A DNA stretch of 64,000 nucleotides from Octopus vulgaris. Taxonomy: Eukaryota. Positions 48,226-62,330 of the stretch are shown in pieces. Location: contig OX597825.1 of the NCBI GenBank assembly GCA_951406725.2, positions 86,490,001 to 86,554,000 on the forward strand, given 5' to 3'. Each line of letters opens with the position of its first letter. Positions within the stretch are counted from its first letter, which is position 1. The notes under the pieces were generated by a model, which was not told where the DNA came from, made no database searches, and worked only from the letters and a program-made list of their open reading frames with translations. The position numbers and the translations under genes are program-made.

Positions 48226-50390
48226 TCTCTCCTGAGAGAGAGAGAGAGAGAGACTAAGCGAAAAAGTAGTTTCTAACAGCATGTGTTACACTGAGAAGAT
48301 CTGTGCAAATTCTATGAAAAATGTCTCCAAATTTTCTGAACCCATTCAAGTATTGTCTGATTAAATGTGTTAAATGTTTTTGGAAACTGATTATTGAATA
48401 TTTATTTTATTGTTGTGGAATAAATAAATCAAAAACAAGGCAACATGAACCAAAAACAAAATGAATGAAAACATTAAACTGAAGAAATGAAATCATTCTA
48501 GATTCGACTGGTACAATCAATTGAATTGAACCTTTTATCACCATTTTCCTCTGTTTTTCTGTAATGACACAATGTTAGGATATAATGGACAAAGTTAACA
48601 GGGAATTGAGTTGGACAGACATTTTTATTTCATTGTAGTTGCTGACCGCTTTATTCTTTTTTGTTGTATGAAATTAGAAGAATTTATTCTTTTATAATTT
48701 TATTGTTGTCAGGTCGTGTTATGGTCTTGTTTCCTCAATTGTTGTAGACTCTGTTGCTGGTGTTTAATGATATTTCTGTGTAGTATTTAATATAAAAGCC
48801 TTTCTTAATATTTTTGTATAATGTTTGTGTTTGTGCCAGTCGTCTTCATCCTCCTCTTCCTCATCATTTAACATCTGTTTTCCATGCTGGCATGGGTTGG
48901 ACTAATGGCATGAGTGCCTCTGTGTGTGTGTGTGTACTGATAGCTGCCCATTCATTTAATGTGTATGGCTAATGGCCATCACTATGACAATTAGAAAATG
49001 TGTTTCTTTACCACATATGTCTGTCCTGCAGTGACTCTTACAGCTTTTGTTACAAGCAAGACACATGACATTTGTGTTGTTTATTATTTGGATGTCTCTT
49101 GTGCCTTTGTTGTTACGACTTTCAGATATGTGACACATGATTTACTCTCCTAGGCTTTGCCATTGTCTACACATAAGAGTCTCTACTTGTAGACATTGAT
49201 CATAAATGCAACACTGTCTGTGACGTCTCTGCTTGGTTCCTCTTATGGTTTAAAAGACCAGTTTCTGAAAAATAAACATGGCTGCTACATTATGGTGGAG
49301 TGGACTCTTTCCTCCATCACTTCCATCTTTCTGCTCGGTCATCTCATCTTCATATGCTGTGACATTAAAATTAAACCATACGGAAGTTGACACTCTCCTA
49401 CAACTTGCTCTAGAACAGGCAGGGGACATCTTTTCGGAGAAGTGGGTCACATGAAACATGGCTCATCATTAGGTGGGGCACACTACTACTAAAAAACAAA
49501 AAAATTAAGTAATTTTTCATTAGTCTTGCCATTCAGAAAGTCCCCTGGGCTGCAGTCTGATCATAGCTGCTGTCTAACATGCCATAGATTCCCAGTTTTT
49601 TTTGAGATATGGAAGGAAGTTGGTGAAGTAAAAACACCATTTTTTAAAACATGTCTTAAGACAATTGTACCTTCACATGTTGCAATGTATAGAATTCTCT
49701 ACATCATCTACACCAGCTCTCTTCAATACTTCAGTGTGAGGAATGTATGCAGCAGACCATATATGTGTGTATACAATATAATATAACAACTAATACACTC
49801 ACACACACACACTCACACTTGTGTATAGTCCAAGTTTCTGCGATAAAATCTTTGTACAGTTTATTTCCTGGGTATATTTGTGGTGTTGATCTTAGAAATT
49901 GTTGTCTAATGTTTCCATTCTTAACTTGTTAAAAATTCACGAATTAATTGCTAAGGTTCCACTGTAGATAAGCCATTAGAATTGATATAAGACTTTCTAA
50001 TCACTAATTAAAACCAAACGAACAGCAATAATCCAACCCTTGTTATTTGTTATTTACTGTTATTATATAACAAGTGGTATAAACTTGGGGTTTATATCTA
50101 ATTAGGGAATCTGTCATAATTTTCTCTCCCGAATTACTGTTTAGACTATTTGATATCATTTAGTTAGAAATTTATCCAGAGTCTTATCGCATGGAAGGAA
50201 ATTTCATATTTCAAATAATGAAATGGATTGGATCAATCTCAAATCTGTTTTCTTAAACATTCCTTGTTTGTTCATAAAATATTCTGTAAATTTGTATATT
50301 CTGTTCTGTTAGTCTGCACCTACTTTATTACTACTTTGTCGTCCAGTAATTGTAGAGAGATTATAAAATGCCATTCTGTATAGGAAGGAG

Positions 50391-50672
50391 AGTGATGGTG
50401 CCTGGATTAGTGGTTAGGGTATTCCGCTCACCATTGTAAGGTCAAAAGTTTGATTCCTGCTGGTGCAAGATACTTTATTTCATGTTGTCCCAGTCCACTC
50501 AGCTAGCAAAAATGAGCTGTACCAGTAATGCCAAGGGGCCAGTCTTGTCACTACTTTGAGGGTATGTCACTACTTTGGGAAGTGGTCAGTCACTTTGCAT
50601 GTTAATTTCACATGGAGGTTGTTCCGTTGATCGGATCAACTGGAACAGTTTTCGCAGTTGATGGAGTGCTAG
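50391..50672 (+). mobile_element. SINE head F with tail alpha
   Basis: 'tagtggttagggtattcc...tttgattcc...cagtccactcagctagcaaaaatgag...gttccgttgatcggatcaactggaac'. Confidence 0.8.
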
Positions 50673-51324
50673 TTAGTTATATGAAGGAGAAACATTTTTA
50701 CCATTAGATACAGTTGAGCGGTCATGTTTGGAATAAACATAAAATAAAAAAAAATTGATAATCTCTTCCCTGTTCTAGTTCCCTCATAATAATCTATCTA
50801 TTTAGCTGTGTTGTGGCCTTGAGTCATTGACCCCTGTCCCCTCTTTCATTATTGTTTTAACATCTAATCTACTCCCTACTCAATGTAACTAATCACTTGT
50901 TTATTTTCTTTGCAGTTCATTTCTGGGGTAACTACAACAGTTTTATATTATTGTTTAAATGTTTTCTTTGTGTTTAACCCATAAACTTACTAATTTTAGT
51001 TTTGTGACTAATATTAAAAAAAAAAAAATTATTCAACACTGCTGTCAGAAAGTTAACAAAGCAAAACTGAATAATTTTTGTAAAAACTCAAGTTTATTGT
51101 CTTTTTTTTTAAATCTTTGATAAAATATTACGTATTTATTTTTTTCAGCTTGGTTGGTTTGATCTAATTCCTCCAAATGTTGGCTAATATAAATTGGTCT
51201 AACTTAAATCTTGGCTTAATGTAAACTGAAGAAATCTTTAGGAAATAATCTAACAACGGTTCAAAAGTAGTTTGGAAAAGGCAAAACAAAAAATGTAAAA
51301 GAAATGTAACACACACACACCATT

Positions 51325-51731
51325 GTCGTCATCATCATCATCATCATTTACCTTTCACTTCCCCATATTTGCATGGGGTAGATGGAATTTGTTGAGGCAT
51401 AATTTTTTTTTTACGGCTGGATACCTTTCCTGCCTCCAATCCTCATGTAGTTCCAAACAAGGTAATCCTTCCTCTTGGCTTGTCATGTTTTTCATAGAAG
51501 ACTGGAAATGAATGGCATCATTTGTATGGTTGTGCTTCTTATTTACAATCATCTCATGATAGCAAGACAAAGGTACACACACATAAGGGAGGGGTTTCTT
51601 TCAGTTTCTGCCTACTAGATTTAATCAGAAGGGTTCGGTCAACCTGGGGTTATAGGAGACATTTGCCCAAGATACTGTGCAGTGGGACTGAACCCTAAAC
51701 CTGAGACCACATGTTTGAGAAACAAGCTTTC

Positions 51732-51735
<4 letters not shown>
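51325..51735 (-). mobile_element. SINE head B plus RTE-type tail
   Basis: (CAT)n and tail at left; head 'tttctttcagtttctgcctac...cagtgggactgaaccc' at right. Confidence 0.75.
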
Positions 51736-51776
<41 letters not shown>

Positions 51777-53539
51777 CTATATCATATGTACACACACACT
51801 TTATGGAGTATTTAATTTCTAATTAATTGAAATGGTAGCAACAACTGATCCTATTAAAAGTTTTTAGTTGCAAAGTTACACAATTTCAATTGTCTTCATG
51901 AAAAGATTTCTTGAGTCTGGAATATATTTTTATCTGTTTATTTACTATCACATGATATTCTTCCTGTCTGGAATTCTGAGACTAAAATTGTATTGATTGA
52001 AAAAATTAAATCAAATTAATTAATTGACCACTTTTTCAGATTTTTACATGTTTATAAGCTGTTTAGTTCCATTATTTTTTCCTAACAACATATATTTAAT
52101 ATTTTTGTTTGCTTAGTTAACTTTTCATAAATATGACAGTTTTTTTTTCAGTGTTTAAAGCAATGTTTATTTTTTAAAATTAAATTTATGCATGAATGTT
52201 TTAAATTGTGATGTAATTTTTCTCACTGGAAATTCAATGAAATTTGTGTATTTTGTATTTGTATGCTTTTGATGGAAGTGCATCGTCTGTGTGGTCCAAG
52301 AATTATGTCCCTGTCCCCCTTCCATAAGTCAAATTTGTCAATAAGCATTTTAATTAGGTGTCTAAGTAAATCTGGCCCAAATTAATTTTAGAATTGCTTT
52401 CAATTATGAAGTAATCTAGTTTATTTGATCAAAAATATTTACTTTGTTCCTAAACAGCTGATCTTTACTTGTATGGTTGACTGGATATGTAGGTATGGTT
52501 GATATGTGATTGGGAGGGACGGGGCCTCAGAAATACTGAGTAATAATTGGTTGTACTGGATAACACTCAGCACTTTTAGGAAATATTTTCATTGATTTAC
52601 TTTTGATAAAAATGAAGAGATTTAATCTTTTTAAAAACTTCACTACTAAACTAAGCCAGAGATAGTTATTTCATATCTTCGTGTTACAGAATATAAGCAT
52701 TGCTTCAAGATAGCGTTAATGTGGAAAACTGTTGGTGACAGTTTTGGTATTTTGGTGGAATTTCCTTTTAAAAATAATGAATTTTTTGTTTTTCCCCTTC
52801 AATAAGAGTTTACTGGTTAAACTAAATTATTACTGTTATTATTTCACTGGGTTCTTTCAAGCAAATCTTAGTCTTGTTAATTAACCAATCTTCAAGTTTA
52901 GCTTGTCTAACCCTGATATTATGTTGTCCAAATTCTTTAGTTCTGTTCTCATCAAATCTTTCATGTTGTACTGACTGCTCTGCAATACATTCCTAGATCC
53001 TACAAACTAGAGTAGTTAAGGTGGATGTATATGTACGAGGTGTGTTTATATGTACGAGTTTCTTTATGTTTAAGGAAGGTCGGATGTGTATAGTTTCAAC
53101 TATTGAACAGAAAGTAAATCCAGAGTATCTCCTGAATGTTCATAACTCAGCTGTGATTATAATGATCAATTGATTCTTTCTTTAAGGCCATTAATCTGAT
53201 TTAATCTACTTAAGACTTTTTACATTACTAAATATTACCGTCACATTATCTACCTTTATGTATTGCTATATTTGCATTATATTTCAGTCATTATAATGTT
53301 GACTTACTTTAATTTTAAATTGACTTAAAGGAGGAACAGGAGTGCCTTCTGACCTATTTTTAGTGTCCCTGTGACTGGTGGGAAGAAGGGAGGAAATTAG
53401 CCTCAGACTGGAGGCCTGGTCCCTAAAACTTGCAGTGGAGTGGACTCTGTTTAAAGCATCCAAGGGCCTGTTGGCTGTTAAACCATATCATGGATTAAGC
53501 ATGTCCTTCCCAAAACAAAAATGACTTCTCCAGTAGCCT

Positions 53540-53672
53540 CTCACATTGTCTGTCTATCAAATTCCATTCATTGGGCTGTGGTAGAAGACATTTGCACAAG
53601 ATGCTGCAGAGTGGAGTTGAACCCAAAGCCACATTGTTGGGAAGTAAGCTTCTTAACACAGTCATGCCTGCA
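53540..53672 (-). mobile_element. SINE head B
   Basis: 'gtagaagacatttgcacaag...gttgaaccc...gggaagtaagcttcttaacacagtcatgcctgca'. Confidence 0.75.
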
Positions 53673-54134
53673 TCCACTTCACAAGACACAACACAACACA
53701 ACACACACACTCTCTCTCTCTTCCTCTCCCCTTCTCTTTCATTCTTTGTTTTTGGCTGGTTTTCAGCTGAGAATGTCTTGAATGTGATTACTAAGTGCCA
53801 TAGACATGAATCATTGTAAAGAATATATTCTGAAGGACAACATTGAATAATAAGAGAGAGCAAGACAAAAGCCGACAGTGAAGGAATCTTAGAATATGTT
53901 TTATTGTTAATTCCAACAGGTAAACAAATACCTGCATGTAATTCTTATGGTTGAGGGTCAACTTAGATTTATTGACATTTGGTAAAATAAAGAGTTTAGT
54001 CATTCTAAACAAATGTGCATTACTGACCTATATTTGGAAATGGCAAATACAGTTTCCTTTTTGAGACGAAATTAAAGCAGTAAAAAGGTACCTTTGTGAC
54101 ATCTGATGTTTTAATATTAAATTGAAGTCCAAAA

Positions 54135-54340
54135 GGTGAACCTGGCAGAACTGTTAACCTGCCAGAGAAGGTATTTTGCAGCATTTAGTCCGTCTTTATA
54201 TTTCTGAGTTTCAATTTCACCAACATTGACTTTGTATTTCATCTTTCCAGGATTGACAGAATAAGTACAAGTTGGGTGCTGGGGATGATGGAATTGGCTT
54301 ACTCCTCCCCTGAAATTGCTGGCCTTGTGCCAAAATTTAA
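54135..54340 (+). mobile_element. SINE family A
   Basis: 'ctggcagaactgttaac...ctgagtttcaattt...ataagtacaagttg...gctggccttgtgccaaaattt'. Confidence 0.75.
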
Positions 54341-55854
54341 TTCAAAGTCCTAACTTAAATTTTAAATTTAATTACTCTCTAATAAGATGATGCCATTTCA
54401 GTGTCATCATACTGTTTACATAATGCCACTATGTCTCTCTTTGATGAACCTCTATATGATTGCTTGACCCGTTAGAATTAGCAGTCAAAATCCCTTTAAG
54501 TATATCTTGGTTAATGCATTCTAGAAAAATGTCCATTGAAGCTATACCAGGCACTAAAGCACAACATTCTTTAATTTGATACAATACAGTCTTTTATGAA
54601 TTTAATGAACCTTTCTATACAATATGTATGTACTGACTGTATTCATCAGTGTCACCTTATGTCTGTTTACCTATGCTGGCATGGGTTGGGCAAGTCTTAG
54701 CTGTGTCTCTTACCACTTGTGACTGTCTTTTGTCACCTGATACAGCAACAACAAAGAAAGCAGGAACAGGATACTCTCTTCCTGTGTATGTTCTGATATT
54801 TTCGGTATGGTTTTTAACAGCTAGATGTCCTTCCTACCACCGAACACTGTATAGCGTGATCTGCAGACATTTTTTCCATGTTACCAGCGCTTGAGAGGCT
54901 GCCCTTAATGAGACAACCCACACACATACACACTCTCTGCTGCATGTTTTCAACAAATGTTTGTCTTGGGAATTGACACCTTTACAGTGGCGTTTGCTGC
55001 CTTTGGTATTAACCAGTGTTGTAAGCATGGAATGATTAAAGTTTTATTATAATTTTGTAAGCTAAGATAAGTTATTGCTTTTTTTTTCTTTATTGAAACT
55101 CTACAAAGAACTTCCACCTTTAACCACTCAGCTACTTCAATGTCAGAACAATTAAACTAAATGTCAATATTGTTTGTGATAACCAGGTTTTGCTTTCATT
55201 TCTGTTGGCACAGAACTTGAGCTTCTAGCAAACTTTTCAAAAGTGTTCAGCCAATGTTTACCCACTGTTTTCTACTGAACTCATCAAATTCCTAATGTAA
55301 ATAAAACTTTGGGCATCTAGATAGATATCTCTCTGCAAGGGTGGACAGTCTTGCAATACGGTGTCTTTCAATTCTTTTATAGCAGGGAGTTTCAGTGCTT
55401 CCATAACTTTCCCTTTACAACATTTCATTGGTCCACCTCTACTTTTATTGTCAATCCATGAAACATTTTCAATCACACCCACCCACCCCTGCATCTCACT
55501 TATCTCCCTTTCTAGCCCCCCTCTTTTGCCTGTAAAACACCATTCTACACACCTCCACTATATTCATTTTCATTTTAATTCACCATGTTGCTTTTGCTGT
55601 GAAACCCATCGCTTTTCATGTAACCATTTGTTTTTCTTCTTCAATGTTGCCAATGAAGGACCACCATCACCACCACCACCATCCAAAACATTAAATTCTC
55701 TTCTGTCACATTCGCAAATTATATTTTGTGTACTTTTGTACACTTTGTTGTTTTTTGTTCTTTTTCATTTTTTTTTAAAATTCAAAATGACATAGGTTAC
55801 AATATCATGTGTTATGGACTTCTCAAAGGAATGTAGTAAAACTCTTAAAGACTT

Positions 55855-55855
<1 letters not shown>

Positions 55856-55894
<39 letters not shown>
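55856..55894. repeat. (AAT)n microsatellite
   Basis: Seen directly. Confidence 0.9.
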
Positions 55895-55895
<1 letters not shown>

Positions 55896-56987
55896 GAGGT
55901 CACTACAATGACTTTCTGGTTGTTGTGTTCCTGCAGAAACTTCACTTTTGAATGTATTACAATATTTTGCTGGAAAGAGTTTGTCTTCTCTTGCACAAAA
56001 GTAATTGTATTGTTGGTTCAGCTGTGTGTGTGTGTGTGAGCGTATGTGTGTATGCGTGTGTGAGTCTGTTGCTACTGAAATGTTTACATGTCATCACTTC
56101 AGCTGATTTTGGTGAATAGTTTGCACAGATTCTCATTAAAATATAGAAACACACACACACACACACACAGTTATCTTGTCGACAGAAAATGGCATGAAAA
56201 AAGTGAATCTCACTGTGGATCAGATGTCAAATTTAATTAAAATTTTTTCATAGTGAGACTGTTTTGAATTAAAATCTTTTTGTATTTTGCTTTAAAAATA
56301 AGAATTTTCTGACTAAACAAAATTATAATTCCCCCCCCCCTGCCATTTTCATGTTTAGACTGAAGTTGAAGTCGGTCCTCTTTGAGCTGTGACCAAAGGT
56401 ATTCCAACCACAACCATCTTGTCTTTAACTTTTGCAGGCTTTGTGTATTTTGGACTACATTTTTCAGTGTATTCGTTTTTGTAAAGAAGATAGGGTGTGA
56501 TTTGAAGGACATTCGGCTGCTATGTCTTGTAGACTGAGTGACCATATTCTTTACATGTATTGGTTGGTTGGTTGGCCAAAGCACCATAATTTCTCTTGCG
56601 CTGTTTTTATCTGTCAGCCTTAGATACGAGTGGCTTCAGAATTTTACGATTGCATTGTCAATGCAAGTGTGAGGGGTGGTGTTGGAGAGGAGAAACCTTA
56701 GGAATGGTAAATAAATTTTGAAAGCAAAACCATTTAGTCTAATTCTGGAACATTGAAATAAATAGAATGAGGCAGATTTTGTTTTTTTGTCCGAAATCAA
56801 TGGATTGCAGGAGAGATTCTTTCCAATGAATCTGAAGATAATTTGTGATTTAATCCACCTTTTGGGTAGATTTTATAGTAGGAATATGTTGGATTAAATT
56901 TAGGAATAGATCAAAGCCATGGTCATGAAAAGGTATGTTATTGAACAGAAGGTGGTGGTGGGGAGGTAACAAAAATAAAGGAAAAAC

Positions 56988-57332
56988 CCCTTCTTAGACC
57001 CCCTTCGGTCATGAATGACCATGGGATTGCACCTAGAAAGTTACCCTCCGAGGCACAAGTCCAGGCAAGGTTGTTTGTGGAAGGCCAGCAATTGCCCATG
57101 CATACCGGCCTCCCCTCTCCACACCACCAATGTTATCCAAGGGAAAGGCAAAGGGGCCGATACAGCTTGGCACCAGTGATTTCGTGACTCATTTCTACAG
57201 CTGAGTTAACTGGAGCAACATGAAATAAAGTGTCTTGCCCGAGAACACAACACGCAGCTCGGTTTGGGAATCGAACTCACAACCTCACAATTGTAAGCTC
57301 GATGCTCTAACCACTGAGCCATGCATCTTCAC
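56988..57332 (-). mobile_element. SINE head F with tail beta, well preserved
   Basis: Minus strand A box TGGCTCAGTGG and B box GAGTTCGATTCC, then the shared core, then a unique tail (plus strand 'ccccttcggtcatgaatgaccatgggattgcacctagaaagttacc'). Confidence 0.88.
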
Positions 57333-58014
57333 AACCCTAAACAAACCCCAAAAAGCAAACATCTACCTTTCCATTCCTTTTCTACAAGGTTGTCAAATTT
57401 GGTGATTGAGTTAAGTGGATGGTTTATGTTGTTTGACAGTATAAAATATGATTAGCTATTTCTGCTGAATTGTTTAAATAAATAATTAACAGATCTGCTA
57501 GTAGCTTCTGGATCATGCCATTTATTATTCCAGTGTCCTGTTAGTTTACTCAAGTCCTTCTAATACGCCATACCCTACTTTACTCCATCGTCTCCACCCC
57601 TGTTTCATTTACCATTGTTTCATTTGAAGATCATTTAGTTAAAAGCCAATAATAGACTCTTGATTCTACTCAGGCTTCTCATTTGCTCTAATGTTTATTT
57701 AATAGTTTAGAAAATCCTGTTTAAAGCTGTTGGTTAATTTTAGAAGTTATTTAAACCTACCTCTTGTACAGATTAGCATTTTAATTGTGTTAAGATGACC
57801 CATCGTGCTTAAATATCATGCCAAAACTTTAAAATGTCACACACACACACACACGTGACAGATATGTTTATGGCTGCTTCTAGTTTCCCATTCACTTCTC
57901 AATTAAAAACATATGTTGAAAGTTTAGTTAATAATAGTGACGACTGTAGTCGATATAGCAAGTAGTTTATTCTTCTAAGTCTAACCACACACATCTACAA
58001 ATGGTTAGACAGTG

Positions 58015-58058
<44 letters not shown>

Positions 58059-58414
58059 AACTGTCTGTGAATAAATACAGCGTGTTTTATTTGAATCAAG
58101 TTGAACTGGAGGTTAAGGAAGACTCTAACTTTGAATCTGTAATTCAAATCTTTAGTCATTTAATGAATCAAAACTTAATTTAAAAATTTTTTGTTACAAT
58201 ATTTCTGTTGAGGTAGACTGCTTTTGTTTTAATTAATTTTGAAAATAACGAAGAATTTAGTAAAATAACTTTGTTCTTATCAAGCTGGTATTTGGAACAG
58301 GAAATTTTGATGGAAGGTTTTTATTTAGATTGCCTTAAACATTGTAAATCACAGAACCAGAGTGGATTGGTGTGTTGACGGTCTTTGTGAATGTAGATAA
58401 TTGTAGAATATATA

Positions 58415-58659
58415 CGTTGCCTTACTGGCTCCTGTGCCGGTGGCATGTGTAAAAAGATTCGAGCGAGGTCGTTGCCAGTACCGCCTGACCGGTACCCACA
58501 ACACTCTTGGAGTGGTTGGCGTTAGAAAGATCATCCAGCTGTAGAAACTCTGCCAAATCAAGATTGGAGCCTGGTGTAGCCATCTGGTTTGCCAGCCCTC
58601 AGTCAAAATCGTCCAACCCATGCTAGCATGGAAAGCAGATGCTAAACGATGATGATGAT
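58415..58659 (+). mobile_element. 3' UTR fragment of the same RTE LINE family as 6464-9662
   Basis: Contains the ~65-bp UTR unit 'actggctcctgtgccggtggca' and the tail ending 'aaacgatgatgatgatg'. Confidence 0.85.
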
Positions 58660-59779
58660 GGCTGTTTGTCTGTTAAGAAAGCTCAATTGATGTGTTGTCA
58701 GAGAATGTTGTGCAGGTTCCAAATTGCAGATAATCATTGGTAGCAACGGCAGCAATAAGAATTTCTATATTGTTTGTTTTTAAGATTAAAGATAAACTGC
58801 AGGAGAAGGAATGGTCCTTTTGAACTATTAAGATAACTTGTCACTTGCACCACCTACACCAAGGGAAAACACACCTCTACCTTTACCCATCTCCATAATA
58901 TACGACTAACATATAGTCTCTCTTTCTCTCTCTCTCTCCCCTTCACACACACACACACACACTGTTGTATGATGTTATATAAATAAATAAAGGCAAGGTA
59001 TTGGATGACTCGAAAAGACTATTTACATTCAGATCCTGGAGTTGATAACAATAAGTATGATTTTGATCATCAAGATAATATTATTATGATTTGCCTTTCA
59101 GCTGTATATGTGCTATATTGTTTAACTGTTGGTGTGTGTGTGTTGTCTGTCTCTAGGTTAGGCCTGTTGTCTGTCTGTGTGTACACATGTATATGAGAGT
59201 AGTGTAAGAAGATAAAAACTTTAATCTGATTTCTTTTTCAGAACTTGAGCTCTGGAATATCCAATACCATGACGGTAGATTTCTTCAATTTGTTTTGTTC
59301 TTTTAGCATTTTGTAGATTAGTTTTTCTTCTTTTTCTTCATAGTTGTTGTATCATTGTTGTCTTCTTCTTCTTCTTCTTCCTCATTCTCTGCTCATTTTC
59401 TTCTTCTCTGTTTTCTTCTCTTTCATCCATACAGCATGCTCTTTCATGCATGACTATTAGTTCAGCTTGTAACCTTTAATCTATTACTAATGCTAACATC
59501 CTTTCTGAAAGACATCAATTTGCTCTTGTTTTACACAAATGTTGAAATTGGTTAACACACACACACACACACACACACACACTGTATTTTCCGCTTGGTT
59601 TAAGTGCTAGGGTTGTGCACTTGAGCTTCAACACAGCTCTTTTTTCTCTTTAATCTTTCTTTCAGGCGATTTCCTCCGTCAGTTCCAAGTGCTTCCGCTT
59701 ACCTTTTTCCTACTGGAAAGCTGCATCGATAACCAAACAACTAACACTGGAGTTGTTTCCCCTGCTTCCATGTTCTTGT

Positions 59780-59825
<46 letters not shown>

Positions 59826-61289
59826 CACAATGAGAGTGGTTACAATTGGAAGAACTAATAGAATCTCAGCTAAAATACTTCCTCTTTCAAATCCTGTCCA
59901 GGTGGATTTTGCTACCATTCTGATATCAGTCAAATATTTTGGGTGCTGGTGGTGGATTATCTCTTCCTGTGGAGATGGAGCTCCAGTATGGTCGTTGTCT
60001 ATTTGAAACTACGTTCTTGCTTTCTGCATCTCGCTATAACATACTTCATCACAAGCCAATAAACTAGCCTCTTTGTGCTCACCTCTCTTGCTAGACATAG
60101 CAGACAAATCTGTCTGTCTGCCTGCTTGCTTGCCTTTCTGTCTGTGTGTTGTTCACTAATTCTAAAACATATTCTTCATCCTCTCCATTAATTTGGATGG
60201 GGACAGTTTTCTTGTCTGATTCAATTTACTCTCACCTCTTTTCTCCCTTACTTTCTCTCTCTTTATCTTCTCTCTCTCTCTCTCTCTGTCCTCTCTCCTT
60301 CCTTCTCTCTCATATTCTAACTCACACTTCACTCTAAGGCATTCTCCTTTCATAATTGTTGAGTGTTGAGCAAAAGCCTCTCTCAATAAATCTCCCAGTT
60401 GTAGTGTAATGTTAAATGTCTTATGTAGCAAGAATGCACATCATTAATCTTTCTAAATCCTCTCTGAATACTGACCAAATCCTCCTGTTTAACAAGTTAT
60501 AATTAATTTTTTCTCTCAAAAAAAAAACTTTCTTCCATTTCCCTCACGTGGAGCAAGTGACTCATTTCTCAATATCTTCATCTTGTTGTTCTTGACAGAA
60601 AAGAAAACCATTGACTAACAAACATTACATGTCTCTTCAGTTTCTCCACATTTGATTGCCTTTTGACATTCCTATTGACATGCCATGAAATTCGATAATT
60701 CTTCAATGTTTTGTAGCCAGAGTTTGCAACCATTTTAGCTACAATTACGAAAGCAATGCTAATTTTTCATTTTCTTTTCCATCATGTCTCAGTCATGTTG
60801 GCATGTTATATTATCACTACAACCACAAATGCATTTGTTTTTGCCACTGTTGTTGTTGTTATCTCTACCTTATCTTTCTTTTTAGACAATAACCTGATTA
60901 ATTGCCTGCATTTTTTTAATTTCTAGTTGCAGTTGCTTTTGATTTTCTTTTTAAACAAAAACCATTTATGTCTGTCCTTGTGACTGGTGAAACCCAAACT
61001 ACAGTAACCTCTCTCTCTCTCTCTCTCCCTCCAATGGATAATTTTTTTTGTATAAAAAATATGCCTTTTTATATTTTAAATTTCTTTCTTATACCTGTTT
61101 CTTTGTTTTGTTTGTATAATTAAGAGGAAATTAAAACAATACAGAAGTATATTGAGAAGAAAATAACAAGATATTTTCTGTTTCACTTGCTTGATCTCTC
61201 AGAAGGGGCAGTGCCTCTGGCTTTTGTAGGGCCTCCAAGATTAGCATGCTATTATTGTTCCATTTAAACTGTTGCAAATCAACCCCTTT

Positions 61290-62330
61290 TGACATCTTGT
61301 GGATAGATCTATTATTCCATGCTCAAAAAATTTCCTGTCTTTACTAGCCAAACCCTTCCAAGTGAACTTTTACATCCTGTTCAGAGTTAGATTTTGAAGA
61401 GACCAAAACAGGTGAAAATCTGAAGGCAAATATGGAAAGTGCAGCAAAACTTCCCAGCCAAGCCCCAGTAACTTTTGTTGCATCTGCAAAACGTGTGTGG
61501 TCTGGCATTGTGATGAAAGACAATGCTCATATGATTAGCAAGTGCTGGATACTTCTTGTGGATGGTTGCTTTTGATTTGTTGTGTTAGTCATAGTACACA
61601 TCCAAATTGATGGTCCTGTCCATGGGAAGAAGCTCATAAAAGGCACTACCCTTCCAATCCCACCAAACAGAAAGTATAACTTCCTTTGGGTGAAGTCCTG
61701 CTTTGGAAGTTGTTTGTGGTGGTTTGCTGTACGGCCCCTTCACATGAAAAGGGTTGCTTTCTTTACATTTCTGTTGGGCAAAGTTAACCTCATTCAAATG
61801 ATGCCAGACTCGAACATTGAACCTGCTGATGGAGCCAAGTTGATGCAGATGGTTTTGCAACACTCAATTTGGATATTTGGAGAATATCTGCCATCATTTT
61901 AGTCACATAATGAGGAGGGTTTGGTGTTGACTGCTACATTTTGTCAACTGATAATCTCAGTTAGTCAAGCAGAGTGACATGCATCTTGAACCAAAATATT
62001 ACCCAATCGAAATCTTGGAAACCATTTCTGACACACGTTCCATAACAGCATCCTCCCCAGAAACAAAACATATCTTCCTGCTGGCTCCCTCCACTTTCTT
62101 GCCTTTTTTAAAATGAAAAAAAAGTACAATGTTCATTTTGGTTCTTGATCTTCAGGGTGAACCCAAGCACAAAAAATACAATTGTTACAAGTTTGCACTG
62201 AACTATGTTGATGTGTGAAGTATCTAATGAGTGTGCGTGTGGAAGGGAGAGACTGAAGTTGGCTGCTTATTAGAGGGCTTGAAGTTTAGTGTCAACATAA
62301 ACCAAACAGACTTTTTGTTAAACTCAATGA
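61290..62330 (-). mobile_element. Decayed mariner transposon (second family)
   Basis: Minus strand FHFKKGKK..ICFVSGEDAV..QKWFPRFRLGN (HTH), KAGLHPKEVILSVWWDWKG, IVFHHNAR, LGWEVLLHFPY/LPSDFHLFWSLQN; degenerate TIR-like end at ~62299-62330; other TIR not found. Confidence 0.85.

Noticed and set aside
55180-55700. Minus-strand ORF resembling an RTE C-terminus
   Set aside because: Similarity too weak to call by eye.
57255-57332. tRNA gene
   Set aside because: A and B boxes belong to a SINE head continuing into shared core sequence; no convincing cloverleaf or terminator.
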